64,000 nucleotides of DNA. Origin: Octopus sinensis (lineage: Eukaryota). The translations under genes and the position numbers were made by a program. The number at the start of each line of letters is the position of its first letter. Position 1 is the first letter of the stretch. The stretch covers positions 91,884,001-91,948,000 of the forward strand of contig NC_043002.1 in NCBI RefSeq assembly GCF_006345805.1. The letters are read 5' to 3'. The notes below the pieces were generated by a model. That model was given only the letters and a program-made list of their open reading frames with translations, made no database searches and was not told where the DNA came from. This document shows, in pieces, positions 39,406-54,042 of this stretch.

Positions 39406-40659
39406 GTGTGTATCAAATTTAGTAATCAACTATACCTCAGCTGTGTAACCTTGAGATAGTTACGTTTCGTCAACGTTAAATCTACTGGAAAAATAGCAGT
39501 CAAATCTCCTTCAGGTTACTCCCCGACACTTATACAAAAGAAATGGTACACTGGATAATGAAAATACGGGATGGCCACCGCTGGAATACTTTTGATCATA
39601 CATCTTTCTCATCAAAGCTGACCTTGTATTAAACAACAGCCAATATATTATTCACTGGAAATGGTCAAACCACTGGATTACATTTAGTAATCTCCCTTTA
39701 TTAGGAATCTGTTTTCTTTCCTTTTGAAAGTTATGGCTTTGCGCCAGTTTAAACATTGATATGTCGGTCGTTGAATGGCCTCTGCTATATAAATAGTTTG
39801 TATGATATAGTGTTTTACCTACTCGAACTAGTTTACTTTCTGTTTCACCTTATGTTGCTTTTACGTAAGCTTTTGCATACAGTTATTTAGCGTTGTCTGT
39901 AGAAAATACTTATTGGCCACACAGAACTACTTCATATTTGATATATTTTGATTTATTTTTTATTAGGTGATTCGAAAAGTATTTAGTAAGGCAGATTTAA
40001 AAATTATATAATATTTTTTACTTATCACCCACAGTTTTGAAGCCATTAACAGAAACTTATTTTATCGTTTTTGAGGGGTGTTTTGTGTTATATTTTAGAC
40101 CTTCTTTGAACATTTACTTCCATTAACTGACATGTACAAAAAGTTATTTAATAAATACATTTTGAACTTAAATACCATACATTTTGAATAATATAAATTA
40201 TAAAGGACTACATCGTATTTGATTCGTTGTTTTTATTCATTTTTTATTCCCTGATTCGAAATGTATTTGGTATGCCATGCCAAACTCAAAAACTATGGCT
40301 TTTTTTTATCACCAGCACTTTGGAAACTATTAGTAGTACCTAACATTTTTTACTTTTTTTTTCTTTTGTAATATCTTAAACTTTTTTGAATAGTTGTCCC
40401 ATTTACTGACAACATGTACAAAAAGCTGTTTAATAAATATGTTTTGAACTTAAAAACCATACATTTTGAATAATATAATTTATAATTTACATTGTTTGGA
40501 GGTTTTTACTTATTTTTCAAGTATTCTCTGATATAAATCATAAATTCGCTTTACTGTTCAACTAATGGCTTCCAGCCGCTGCGTCAATAGCGCAGGAATT
40601 TTGTACTCAGTGTTGTATGCTTTTTTTATATTCTGGTTTTGTTTTTTGCTTTTCCCCAA

Positions 40660-42460
40660 AAGCCATGGAGAGATACACCAGATATTGTTATGAGAGTTTA
40701 TCATATTTACTTCGCAATGAAATTCGAAATCAAGGAAAAAAGTCGGTCTACTTCACGTATGGTTAGTCATATATCTACTGCAGCGTTGAGAAGTTTGAAT
40801 TACAGTAAAATTTTTTAAAATATATAGCTACTAGAATCCGTATGATAATAGGTGAGGTTTAAACTCATATCAGCGATTGCATTTTCTACTTAAAATATCT
40901 TCAGAGTTACAATGTTAAGAAGAAAAAGAAATAGAAATCTTCATTAGTAACCAGATACATCACCCTGATCAGATTATTTTTGTTTCTATCGCCTGACAGC
41001 CTTATAATTCAGATACAGAATTAAATTCAGACAGTCATATTGGAAGATAGGTGGAAGAATAAAATTGAGTGAATTATTCATTAACACAAACTGAACTGAA
41101 CAGTTTAGGCAAGGATTTGAATTTTCCAAGAAACCAAAATAAGTTTCGTAGCTTCAAAGAGTTTGTGCAGAGTTTTGCTTTTTTTTATATAATAGGGGTA
41201 CCATAGTAATTAGAAGGGTATTACGAGATTGCTGTGAAAGGTAGGTGTTGAATATTGGATGATTACAGAATTCAGTTTTAATTCTCCTCGCTCATTCTGT
41301 TTATTTAAACGGAACTTATGAAACTTTCTAATTTCTTTTAGAAAATATATTTGACAAGTACGATGAATATTGTGTAGGATTTTCAAAGTAATTTGGATGT
41401 GAACTGATTAACAATAACAAAACTATGAATAAAACAATGTGACTATCATTGGCTCAGAAAAGGACTGGCTTCTCAGAAAGAAACTTACAACCAGATCGAA
41501 AAGCATTTAATGAAAATAATAAACTGAAGTGAACCAAGTACAGTGGTCCTTCCACTTTTGCATATTGTATTTGTCTAGGGAAAGTGATACGTCAAAGGAC
41601 GGAATATATACGGTAATTGCTTCAAATGCATTTCTCCCAAATATTCTAATTTCTTCCACGAGAAACTAAAGGAAGATGTATTTATAGGTCATCAACTAAA
41701 AACGTCATTGCCAGATAAAATTTTACTCACAATCACCAAAGAGGAAAATGAAGCGTCGTTTGGATTTTAGAAATTGTACGAAAACCATTTAGGGTAAGTA
41801 CAAACGATATGAAACTGTGAAAGAGAAATATGCTTCAAAAGGATTGTCTGGGTTTGTAATATTAACTAACCTGAAGGCGGCGAGCTGGCAGAAACGGTAG
41901 CACGCGGCCGAAATGCTTAGCAGTATTTCATCTGCTGCTACGTTCTGAGTTCAAATTCCGCCGAGGTCGACTTTACCTTTCATTCTTTCGAGGTCGATAA
42001 ATTAAGTACCAGTTACGCACTGGGGTCGATGTAATCGACTTAATCCCTTTGTCTGTCCCTGTTTGTCCCCTCTATGTTTAGCCCCTTGTGGGTAATAAAG
42101 AAATAAGAAACGTTACCACTCCGGGCGAAATGATTAGTTGTATTTCGTCTGAATGTTCTGAATTCAAATTCCGCTGAGGCCGACTTTGCCTTTCATCCTT
42201 TCGGAGTCGATACTTTAAGTACCAGTTGGGTACTGGGATCGATCTAATCGACCGCCCCCCCCCCTTTCCCCAATTTTTTTTTTGCCTGGAGTAGAAAAGA
42301 ATATTTGCCAATCTGAATATTTGTTCATTTTTTATTCTCATCCTTACCTATTTTTAGGCTATCGAAGAAATGTTTCCATCAGAATATCAAAACTGTAGAA
42401 GGATGACGCCAAAGGAAATGAAACGTAAATATGATGAATTATTACAAATGTTTGCAAGAA
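40660..42460 (+). pseudogene. Highly decayed Chapaev3-like (CMC superfamily) transposase, interrupted by a SINE
   Basis: Relics VYHIYFAMK, THISDCIF, LTQTELNSLGKDLNF, GNCFK...KLKEDVFIGHQL, VHFL, FHQNIKTVE...NVNMM in the expected order; superfamily from motif recall. Confidence 0.6.
41875..42302 (+). mobile_element. SINE family A dimer inserted in the Chapaev relic
   Basis: Young unit ends aaagaaata at about 42105, then agaaacgttacc... remainder of an older copy with the conventional tail. Confidence 0.88.
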
Positions 42461-43161
42461 TATCTTTCTAATATACAGGAAAAGATTTTGTAAAAGAATA
42501 TAACTTCATCATTTAAAGTAAATCTATGGTTTCGTTATACACATTTTTTTTTCTGAATTTATGGTGAATAAACTTTGTTTCTTTCAGTCGTTTCTTTTTC
42601 TCTCCTATCTTTACATGAAAAATGAATCACGTACGTTGTCCTGTAGGCACAGAGCCATTTATTCAACTTAGTCAATGCTACTGATAACCTGCTATCTATT
42701 ACATAACACACATACCTATAATTTGCATTGTACACTTCACTATTGACCACGTTAAGACGTTTCCGATCACGGACAACAAGATATGTTCAGTACTCAGGGG
42801 TAGGAAAACCTTATGTAAAAGAACAAAATTCAATTGAATTTTTTTTAATTGGCTCATTCAAATTATTCTATGTCTCAGATATTACACAAAGCTTACATCC
42901 TTAATGCCGTTGGTACATATTCAGTTTCACATTATTATAAGCTGATCAAGAATGGCAATTGTTAAATAATAAAACAAAAAAATGAAATAGATGTTTTTAT
43001 GTTTACTCATTGCACCACGACATGGTGCACCTTTGATCAGGACCCCTAATTATATAACAATAGCACAGGTGAACCAATGAAGTAGCCTCTACTTGGTAGC
43101 AATGTCTACTAGAAATAGCAGCAAATTGCTCTTAAATCACCCCTCCTGCCTAATATATTTA

Positions 43162-43261
43162 NNNNNNNNNNNNNNNNNNNNNNNNNNNNNNNNNNNNNNN
43201 NNNNNNNNNNNNNNNNNNNNNNNNNNNNNNNNNNNNNNNNNNNNNNNNNNNNNNNNNNNNN
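43162..43261. other. Assembly gap (100 N)
   Basis: Run of N. Confidence 1.
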
Positions 43262-43477
43262 GATATTGGTAATACGAGGGTGAAGGGAAGAAGGAAGAGG
43301 AAGAGGAAGATGTTAGCGCAGAATATATAAGATAGAGAGTGAACAAAAATAATATAATGGATAAGAGAATGAAAGAAAACATGATGTAAAGGTTGAGAGA
43401 ATGATAAGTGAAAAATATTAAGTGGAGAATTGGGTGCGGGAGAGTAGAGAGTGGAATTGGATAAGTGAAGAAAAGAA

Positions 43478-43479
<2 letters not shown>

Positions 43480-43508
<29 letters not shown>

Positions 43509-44412
43509 GAAAAGAAGAATCGATAAATAATAAGAAGAAGAGTAGAACGAAGAGAATTTACAAGAGAAATAGTAAAGAAGAATAAAAGAATAAGAAGCAG
43601 AAGAAGAAGACGAAGAAGAAGAAGGAAGAAGAAGAGAAAAAGAAGCGAAGAACTAAGAGAAGGAGAAAGAAGAAGAAAGAAGAGAAGAGAGAAAAGAAGA
43701 AGAAGAAGAAGAAGAGAAGAAGAAGAATAGAAGAAGAAGAAGAAGAAGAAGAGAAAGCACATTTTTTAAAAAATTTGAAGTGAAGTGGAAAATAAAGAGA
43801 TGAATGACACTGAAGGAAAGGGAAATGAAAAGAAAACGAGAGAAAGACAGGGATAGAGAGAGAGAGAGAGAGAGAGAGAAGAGGCTGGAACAAAGAGAGG
43901 GGGAACCCAAGTGAAACAGGTAATGGTATTGCCACATACACATATACACATGTAGACACACACATAAGTACGTGCATGCGTACATCCATACCCGCATACA
44001 TACATACACTTACATACATACATTCATACATACATACATTCATACATACATACATTCATACACTTACATACATACACACATACATAAATACATACATACA
44101 TACATACATACATACATACATACATACATACATAAATACATACATACATACATACATACATACACACATACACACAGGCATAAATACATACATACATACA
44201 TACATACACTAAGAGGGCTGAAAATAGCATGGAAAGAGGTGAAAGATACAGAAAGAAAAGAATGAAGTGGAATGAATGAGAGTCAAAGAGAATGAGAAAG
44301 GGAAGGGCTAGGGAATGATTGAGTAACTTACACAGCAGAAGAGATGTAAAGAAGCTACTCACACGTACACGTAAAATACACACACACGCACACACACACA
44401 CGCACACAACAC

Positions 44413-44443
<31 letters not shown>

Positions 44444-44640
44444 AACACACACACAAACATACACAAACACACACACAGAAACACATACACACACAGACAC
44501 ACACACACACATACGCACACACAAACACACACACACACACACAGACACAGACACACACACAAACACACAAACACACACAAACACACACACACTGGCACAC
44601 ACAGAGACACACACACACGCACAAACACACACACGCACAA

Positions 44641-44675
<35 letters not shown>

Positions 44676-45170
44676 TACACACACACACAAACACACACAC
44701 AAAGACAGACACACACAGACACACACACACACACAAACACACATACACAAACATATACACATGCACACACACAAACACACACACAAACACACACACACAC
44801 GCACATACGCATACACTCACACACAAACACACACACAAACACGCATACACACAAACACACACACACACAAACACAAATACACACACACAAATACACACAC
44901 ACAAATAACAACACACACAGACACACAGACATCCACAACACACACAACACAACACACACACAACACCACATACACATACACTCACAACACAAACACACCA
45001 CACGCACAAATACACACACAAACACACACACACACAGACACACACACAAATACACACAACACAAATACAAACACACACAACACACACACACGTATATATA
45101 ATATATATATATATATATATATTATTTATATATTATTATATATTATATATATATATATATATATAATATA
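43480..45170. repeat. Compound simple-repeat block: (GAA)n, (GA)n, (TACA)n, about 700 bp degenerate (CA)n, (TA)n
   Basis: Direct reading; source of the long C/V and T/H pseudo-ORFs. Confidence 0.95.
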
Positions 45171-45513
45171 TCAGACGGAAAGAAAATAGTTTTTAAAAGA
45201 GGTATAGTAAGCGAAATAGACGTACAGAGAGTGTAACATACGAGTACAATACACCATCTATATACATACACACACACATATAGATATATATATATATGTA
45301 CACATATACGCAGATTAAAATAATTTTTTAGCAGAATAAAGCAATAAAAACCAATAAGTAAAAGAGATAATAGAATGAAAGATGGCGAGTGCGATAGGGA
45401 TGGAGGAATGAGATGAATGAATTGAAACTATAAAAATAGATATCGAAAAAACAAGGTGAAAAAAACCAATACATATATATATATATGTATGTATATATAT
45501 ATTTATATATATG

Positions 45514-45622
<109 letters not shown>

Positions 45623-46761
45623 GTAATATTATACTTCTATATACATATATATATATATATGTGTGTGTGTGTGGTGTGTGTGTGTGTATGTATGTATGTA
45701 TGTATATAGTATAAGATAATGAGGGAAAATGACTAAGGGAATGTGTGTGCGTGTGTTTGTGTGTGTGGCGAGGTATTGAACATGAAGACCCCAGCTCGAT
45801 ATCGGTTTCTTAATTAATTAGACACTAGAGGTCAGGTATGACGTTTGACACCTCCCACTTACTGATATTATCTTCATCATATTGCTTGTCTGGCATTAAA
45901 ACAACGGTTTGTTTATTTTAAAACCCTCAAAGTAAGCGAGAGTTGTTGTTGTTGTTGTTGTTGTTGTCGTCGATGTTGGTGGTTGTGGTGGTTGTCGTCG
46001 TGGTGGTCGTCATGGCAGTGGTCGTGATTTTTGGGTCGCCACCATCGTCATCATTATCACTATTATAACAACATTGCAACCACTATCAGGATTACTACCA
46101 ACATCGTCGCCGCCTCTCCTACCATGACCTTACCGAAAAATAAAAAAAAAGAAAAGAAAAATCACGACTACAGCTGTGATAACCACCAACGCAAAAATCA
46201 CCATCACATCCTTCACCATCAACATCGCCAATTCTGCAGTCATAAAGGACACCAACGCCACCATCACCACCACGACTAGCATCAACTCCATCAACAGCAA
46301 CACCACCATCACTTCTATCACCACCACCATCACCATCTCGAACAACAACAGCAGCAGCAGCAGCAACAGTGCTGACACCAACACCATTGCCTATACTGCT
46401 AGATCTTTTATTCGCATGATTAGTTGAAAATAAACAGACGTCCTTACTTGTAATTGATGTGGCACCAGGGAATCCAAGAACCAAGTTCTCGGCAACCTGA
46501 CGATGCCAATGATAATAATAATGCTTTTTAAATGTTGGCACAAGACCAGCAGTTATTGGTGAAGGGCTAAGTTGATTACATCGACCCCAGTATTCAGCTG
46601 GTACTTATTTTATCGACTCGGAAATTATAAGAAGCAAAGTTCACCCCGGAGGAATATGAACTCTGAACGTAAAGATGGTCGAAATGGCGTTTCTCCTGGC
46701 GCGCTAACGAATCTGCCAGCTCGCCAATGATGATGATGATGATAATAATAATAATAATGAT

Positions 46762-46827
<66 letters not shown>

Positions 46828-46840
46828 TAATGATAATAAC

Positions 46841-49078
46841 AAACAAACAGGCGTCTGACCAAAACAGGTAGAACTAGTCATTTCATTTAGGGAAGTGAAG
46901 GAAATCAGGAAAAAAACTTTTAAATGGGAAACTGGAAAGGCTCGAAACCAGATGGAATTCAAGGCTATCGGATAAAAGGATATAGTGAATGTCATGTACG
47001 AATAGCTGCACAACTCAACACCTTGTTAAATGCTGCTCAAGTAATACCAGAGTAGTTGACACTGGGTAGGATAGTGCTGTGCTTGAAAAACAAACATCGA
47101 AAAAGACAAAATGGTAGACAGTTACAAACCGATATCCTGCTTACCACTTATGTGGAAATCATTGACTGGAATAGTCGCAGAACCTGGAAAAAATGGAGTC
47201 CTGACACATGAGCAGAAGGGTTGCAAGCGTAAATGCAGAAGTACCAAGGCTCAACTCCTGGTAGACAAAACTGTACTTAGAGACTGCAAGAGGATGAAAA
47301 CTAACTAAGCCATGTCACGGATTGATTATCGTAAGGCGTACCCACATTCTTGGATTACGGAATGTATGAACATATTTGGTATTGCATCGAATGTTGAGCA
47401 TTTGCTTGGAAAAAGTACGGCGAAGTGGAGGACGGAACTGACAGCATATAGAAGAAAATTAGGAACAATAGATATCAGGAGAGGCATCTTCCAAGGGGAC
47501 TGCCTGTCCCCATTGATCTTTGTTCTATGTATGATACCACTGACACTGATTCTGAGGAAAGCAAAGGCTGGGTATATATTCAATAGCCGCCAACAAAAAG
47601 TCAACCACATGTTATTCATGGATGACCTCAAACTTTATGGTAAAGATGAATCCCAAGTCAGTTTCCTCGTTGATACGGTGTATACTTTCAGTGCTGGATT
47701 GAAAAACTGTGGTGTGTTAGTCTTGAAGAGAGGTAAAATCAGATATATGGACGAGCTAACGATGCCGTCAGGTGAGGTTATGAAGCAGATAGAAGACGAG
47801 CTATAAGTATTTGGGGATAATAAAAATGGAGAAATTGATGGAGAAAGAAATGACAAAAAAAAATTTAAGGTGGAGTGCTTGCGCACACGGAGACTGATCC
47901 TTAAGTTGAAATTAAACGGACGGAATAAGATTGAAGCTATCAACACCTGGGCGGTTTCACTACTTAGATATGAAACATGAATGATCACATGGACAGTGGA
48001 TGAACTAAACAGTTTAGACAGAAAGAGAAGAAAGTTGCTGACTAGATATGGGATACTCCACCCAAGAAGTGACGCAGACACACTGTATGTACCAAGAAAA
48101 AGAGGGAAAGAGGACTGATTGGATGCAAACACAGCATTAGAGCAGAAGAAAACAACATAGCACGGTATCTAAAAAAGGCCACAGAACCGCTATTATAGAA
48201 AGTAAGAAGGTCAGGCTTGTGTAGAAGGGAAGATTGCGAAGATAAAGCACTCTGCAAGGACTTGATCATGAATGAAACAGAAAATACGTGGATAAAGAAA
48301 AGAATGCATGGACAATTTCATAGGGATGTTGAAGATAAGACAGACAGAGATAAAAGATGGCTATGGGTGACTAAAAGTGATTTAAAACCAGAAATGGAGG
48401 CTTTAATCTGTGGTGCCCAAGAATAAGCATTAAGAACCAATTACATCAAATACAGAATAGACAACACATAAGAAAGTGATAAGTGCAGAATTTGTGGAGA
48501 ATATGATGAAACCGCATGGCATATTACCAGTCAATGTACGCCACTAGCCCAGAGCGAGTATAAGAGAGGTCATGGTAATATGGCAAGAATTCTCCATTGG
48601 ACACTTTGCAACAAGTATGGACTTGACAGAGCAAAAAACTCGTACGAACATGAACCCGAAGGCATCATCGAAAATGATAATGCGAAGAAGATCCTGTGGG
48701 ATTTTATGATTCAGTGCGACCATGAGATACAGAATAGGAAAGCAGACAAAGTGTTAATTGAGAAAGAACGCAAATGATGCTGGACCATAGATATATCATC
48801 CCCAGCTGACAACAAGATATGCGACAAGGAAGAAAGGAAAGTCGATAGATATAACAGGTTAGGTTGGGAGGTAAAGCAGTTGTGGTCGATGAAAAAGGTG
48901 GTAGTAGTACCAATAATTGTCGGAGCCCTGGGAACAGTGAGTAAAGATCTTGAGAAGTCATGGAACAAATAGGTGCTGCAATATGGGTAGAGAACTTGCA
49001 GAAAACAGCACTACTTGGAACTGCTCGAATACTCTGGATGATACTCGAAAAATAAGGAGTTTTACCTTAATTCATTGG

Positions 49079-49082
<4 letters not shown>
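46841..49082 (+). mobile_element. R4/Dong-type non-LTR retrotransposon (RT plus restriction-like endonuclease), 5'-truncated and decayed
   Basis: YKPISCLPLMWK, EQKGC, IDYRKAY, RGIFQGDCLSPL, LFMDDLKL, CRICG...HI...C, ILWDF, VPIIVGALG; flanked by (TAA)n on both sides. Confidence 0.88.
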
Positions 49083-49139
<57 letters not shown>

Positions 49140-49382
49140 CAACAACAACAACAACAACAACACAACAACAACAACAACAATAATAATAATAGTAATAATT
49201 TCTACTATAGGTACAAGGCCTGAAATTTGGGAGTAGGAGTTAAGTTGATTACATCAACCCCAGTGTTTCACTGGTACTTAATTAATCGATCCCGAAAGGA
49301 TGAAAGGCAAAGTCGACCTCGGCGGAATTTGAATTCAGAACGTGCTAACTATTCAGCCAGCTAGTCACCAATAATAATAATG

Positions 49383-49920
49383 CAATACCAGGCAGTGACT
49401 TCAATCGCTTCTGATCTTAACTGATTGGAAGTGTTATCATGTACATTGTTTTGTCTTGGTATAAAAGATGGGCTACAGCAAATATTCTACTCAATACCAC
49501 AGATTTGCTTGTCAGTTGTTTGACTTTAACCATTTGAGCACGTCCCTCAGTGGCTGATGATATGTGCACCTCTGATCACGAGCAGAAGGAGAGGGGAATA
49601 CCATAGCCATGTGTTGAGAGAATGTCTTTGGGGTTTGAACAATTCATCTCTGGAAACATGGGTATTTCGTTCAACATCCCTAAACAACCCTTATGCAGGG
49701 ACCTTTCGAATTAGATGGGGTACTCAACCTGAAGGAATTATAAATCGTTCCCGCCATGTGCTGTTTATCTTGATATGAGATCATCATGTCACGCACATAT
49801 TGTTATGATGCACGTGCCTGGTGTACCATTATCAGACGGTTAGTCTTGGGCTTCGTATATTTTACCCGAGTGTCACTTTAAAGGCATGCGCTGCTCTCTC
49901 ATTCAATAATGATAATGATG

Positions 49921-49995
<75 letters not shown>

Positions 49996-50544
49996 GCCCT
50001 GATGCAGCACCAGGCAGTGGCTTTCGTGGCTTCTGATCTTAACTGATTGGAAGTCTTATCATGTACATTGTTTTGTCTTGGTATAACAGGTGGGCTACAG
50101 CAAATATTCTGCTCAATCCCATATATTTGCTTGTCAGTTATTTGACCTTAACCAGTTGAGCATGTCCCTTAGTAGTTAGTGATGTGTACATCTCCGATCA
50201 CGAGCAGAAGTAGTGGGGGAGCATCATAGCCTTGTATTGAGAGGGATTCTTTGGAATTTGAATAATTCACCTCTGGAAACATGGGTGGGTCGTTCAATAT
50301 CCTTAAACAATCCTTATTCAGGACCTTTGGAGCGGGATCGGTTACTTGACCAGAAGAAAATTCTAATTGGGCCCCACCTGCAAGTCCATGTGCTGTTTAT
50401 CTTGATATGAGATCACCATGTCGCGCACATATGGTTGTCATGCATGTGCCTGGTGTACCCTTATCAGACGAGTAGTCATGATGGGTATACTTGGCCTAGT
50501 ATATTTTACCCCAGTGTCACTTTGATGGCATACACCTCTCTCAC

Positions 50545-50547
<3 letters not shown>
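49383..50547 (+). mobile_element. Two tandem copies of a non-coding repeat of about 520-550 bp, each ending in (TAA)n
   Basis: Copies at about 49383-49905 and 49992-50547 align end to end (ccaggcagtg...cttctgatcttaactgattggaag...tgtcacttt). Confidence 0.85.
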
Positions 50548-50584
<37 letters not shown>

Positions 50585-50657
50585 GTATCATTAGTAAGCA
50601 CACGGTCTTCTAAAACCGTGTTAAAAGGGTGAGGAGTAAACATCATCGAGCTCACAA

Positions 50658-50713
<56 letters not shown>

Positions 50714-50734
50714 TATTATTATTATCATCATCAT

Positions 50735-50952
50735 CACGGTGACGAGCTGGCAGAATCGTTAGCACGACGGGCGAAATGCTTAGCGATATTTCGTCTGTCT
50801 TTACGCTCTAAGTTCAAATTCCGCCGAGGCCGACTTTGCTTTTTATTCTTTCGGGGTCGATAAATTAGGTACCAGTTGCATACTCGGGACGATCTAATCG
50901 ACTGGCCCCCACTCCCCCCAAATTTCGGGCCTTTTGTCAAGAGTCGAAAAGA
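50735..50952 (+). mobile_element. SINE family A with conventional tail and (ATT)n
   Basis: acggtgacgagctggcagaatcg...gggccttttgtcaagagtcgaaaagattatt. Confidence 0.85.
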
Positions 50953-52284
50953 TTATTATTATTATTATTATTATTATTTCTATTTTTATTATTATTATCA
51001 TTATCATCATCATCACGGCGGTGAGCTGGCAGAGTCCTTAGTGCGCTGGACAAAATGTTTAGCGGTATTTCGCCCGTCGCTACGTTCCTCTCTGTACCTT
51101 TCTGTACGTGTCATAATACCATTTTTTGCTATTCCTTTGACATTTTCGATTGAAGTTCAGGGTTTTTTCAAAAGTGGAATACTGAATTATAAATCTATTT
51201 ATTCTTCACCAATTTGGGATAGCTAATTATTTTTTATAAATTTTATGCACGTTATTTTTATCCTTACAAATATCATTTTAACTTCATTGGAGACTTTATC
51301 GTTGGATTGGTTTGTGCGTAATTCTGTTCGATAAATTATGCTAATTCTCATCAGACGTTCGGTTAGATGTAGTTGAGTCGTGGTGTATAATGAAAAAAAA
51401 ACCCAGCTTTATTCTGATGGAATGTTAAGATTATGAGAGTGAAAACTGTCGACCATCTCAAGTAATTATGATTTGTTTTCTATAGAGTAAAAAACAGTTT
51501 TATGGATATAAATCGCTTCTCGTTGGATGTGAGAAGCGCAATTGCTACTGTGTTACGTCAGAGAACGTTACAAAATTTCTACGCTTGCTTCAAGAAGCAC
51601 GTGCGGGACATATAATATTATGCCAATTCCGAAGGCAGCGAGTTGGCAAATTCATTAACGCTTCGGATAACATTCTTAGCAGCATTTCTTCCGGCTCTTT
51701 ACTTTCGAACCTTTAAATCAGGCTGATGTCAACTTTGCCTTTTATCCATTCGAGGTCGAGAAAATGAAGCAGTATTCAAACACTAGGGTCGATGTAATTA
51801 TCAACTTGTCCTCACCCCACAAAATTACCTGCTTTGTACCAAAAATAGAAAGAACACGAGGTCAATTCTTGACAACCTGCTCCTATTAAAGTGATTGATA
51901 ATTCAAAAATGATTTTCGCATCAAAAGACTGAGTAAATTATACACTTAGTAAGTCAATCAACATCCGCAGCTTAAAGAGGGCTTATATATTAGCAACAAG
52001 AGATAGCAGTCTCTCTTTCCCCATACATCCCAGTCATCATTCAACTGTATATTTTCTACCAAAATTCTCCCTGTGATTGTCTTGACGTTGCCCAATTCCT
52101 CCCTTTGTATCTCTTGCCTATCCTTCAGTTATCAGGAGTTATTAGGTCGGGTTTGTTTATGTAACACATAACCAAACTAATTCATTTTCTTCTTGTAACA
52201 ATTGACCATATACAGATCCGTTTAGCATCATTGTAAGCCCCCCGGGCAAATGAATTCATGGAACCCAATTGTATTTACTTATTA

Positions 52285-52452
52285 ACATAAGGTGCAGGAA
52301 TGGGTGTGTAGTAACAAGCTTGTTTCCCATCCACATGGTTCCGGGTTCTGTCTCTCTGCGTGGCACCTTGGGCAAGTGTCTTCTCAATAGCCTCGGGCCG
52401 ACCAAAGCCTTGTAAGTCGATTTGGTAGACGGAAACTGAAAGAAACCCGTCG

Positions 52453-52497
<45 letters not shown>

Positions 52498-52625
52498 CGG
52501 TTCAGCAAAAGACCGATTCAATAAGTACTAGGCTCACAATAAGTCCTGGGGTCGATTTGTTCTACTAAAGGCTGTGCTCTAGCAATGGCTAGATTCAAAT
52601 GACTGAAACATGTAAAAGAGTAAAG
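52285..52625 (+). mobile_element. SINE family B
   Basis: Head ggtgcaggaatgggtgtgtagtaac, core accttgggcaagtgtcttct, tail caaatgactgaaac. Confidence 0.85.
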
Positions 52626-52799
52626 GAGTAACAGCAAGCTCCAACATACATAAAACAGAATTGAGTCCCTGGGCCTCACACAACTAGGGACCTCAGAGGT
52701 TCCTGGGTGACCGCCTAGTTTGCCCTTGCCTTAAGAATGCTCAAACCATAAATGGTTTTATAGTCAGAGGTTTTCCCAACAAGTTCGCTTATCAGGTGA

Positions 52800-53380
52800 C
52801 GGTATACGAAATATCTTTCGTTTCTTTTCATTCGTCATATTTTACACACTTTCAGCCTCCAACGTTCATGATTCTCACCCATACACTGCAGCTGAAATTA
52901 CAACTGCTCTTTTAAAATGTATTCATTTTTTAAAAACTTTTGTAATCATTTTCCTCCTTTTCTGAAACTGCGTCTAATTTCGCTAAAACCGCAGCAATCT
53001 GACATATTTTTCGTTTTGATTTATTTTTCTTTGATCTTACCCCTTTTCGTTCTGTTCTTCCCTATTATTTAAATTCATCAACTTGTTCGAGCATTTTCCC
53101 TTCTATTTCAAACGGATTGTCTATTTTCTTTTTACTAGCTATCATTATTTTCCTCTTTGTCAGAACTTATTTCTGTTCTATATCTTCTTGCAGATGTATT
53201 AAGGCATGTTATTAGATCTCTCGGTTCTTCATTATCTATTCAGTAAATCAATATCATCGCGAAAACGAAGATTACCAACTTCTCTCACTCCTACTTCAAC
53301 GTTTTCCTTTAAAAGACCGAAAGACTTCCGTGATTATACATTCATACTGAACTACATAAAACAAAGGCTTGGAAAGAACG
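52800..53380 (-). mobile_element. Very old LINE relic (RTE-like C-terminal region)
   Basis: Minus strand VISAAVYG*ES*TL resembles the YGxEsWTL motif; otherwise heavily decayed. Confidence 0.3.
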
Positions 53381-53390
53381 TTAGAATACC

Positions 53391-53623
53391 TACTTCTTTA
53401 CTACCCACTTGGGGCTAAATACAGAAAGGACAAACAAGGACAGACAAACGGATTAAGTCGATTACATCGACCCCAGTGTGTAACTGGTACTTATTTAATC
53501 GACCCCGAAAGGATGAAAGGCAAAGTCGACCTCGGCGGAATTTGAACTCAGAACGTAACGGCAGACGAAATACGGCTACGCATTTCACCCGGCGCGCTAA
53601 CGTTTCTGCCAGCTCGCCGCCTT
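53391..53623 (-). mobile_element. SINE family A with Tx1-like tail and TSD
   Basis: gttagaatacc at 53380-53390 and 53624-53634. Confidence 0.92.
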
Positions 53624-54042
53624 GTTAGAATACCGTGTTGGATACCTTGCGGTGTTTGTTCTGGGTTTGTGTGTTCTATGTTCTGTGTTCTGTGTTCAAA
53701 TCTGGCGAGTTCAACTTTGCTTCACATCCCTAAAGGGTCGATAAAGTATTAGTGCAGTAATGAAATCGATTCAATTTCCCCGTCTCTTTCTCTCTCTCTC
53801 TTTTCTCTCCTCTCCCTCTCTCTCCCTGTCTCTATCTCTAACTGTCTGTCTATCTGATTCTCTGTCTCTCTATCTCCCCCTCTCTCTCTCTTTCTCTCTC
53901 TTTATTTCTCTCTTCCTCACCCCCTCTCTCTCTGTGAATCGGTTACATGAAGAAACTAAGAAAGGAGGACCAATCGGTCTTGTTACTTTATATCCCAGCC
54001 TTCGAGCGATGACCATGGTATTGTTCTTGATAGTATAATTAT

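Noticed and set aside
49992-50050. Possible ribozyme at the 5' end of the TAA-associated element (ccctgatgcag...caggc)
   Set aside because: CTGATGC is not a hammerhead core, and the enclosed segment is too short for an HDV-like fold by eye
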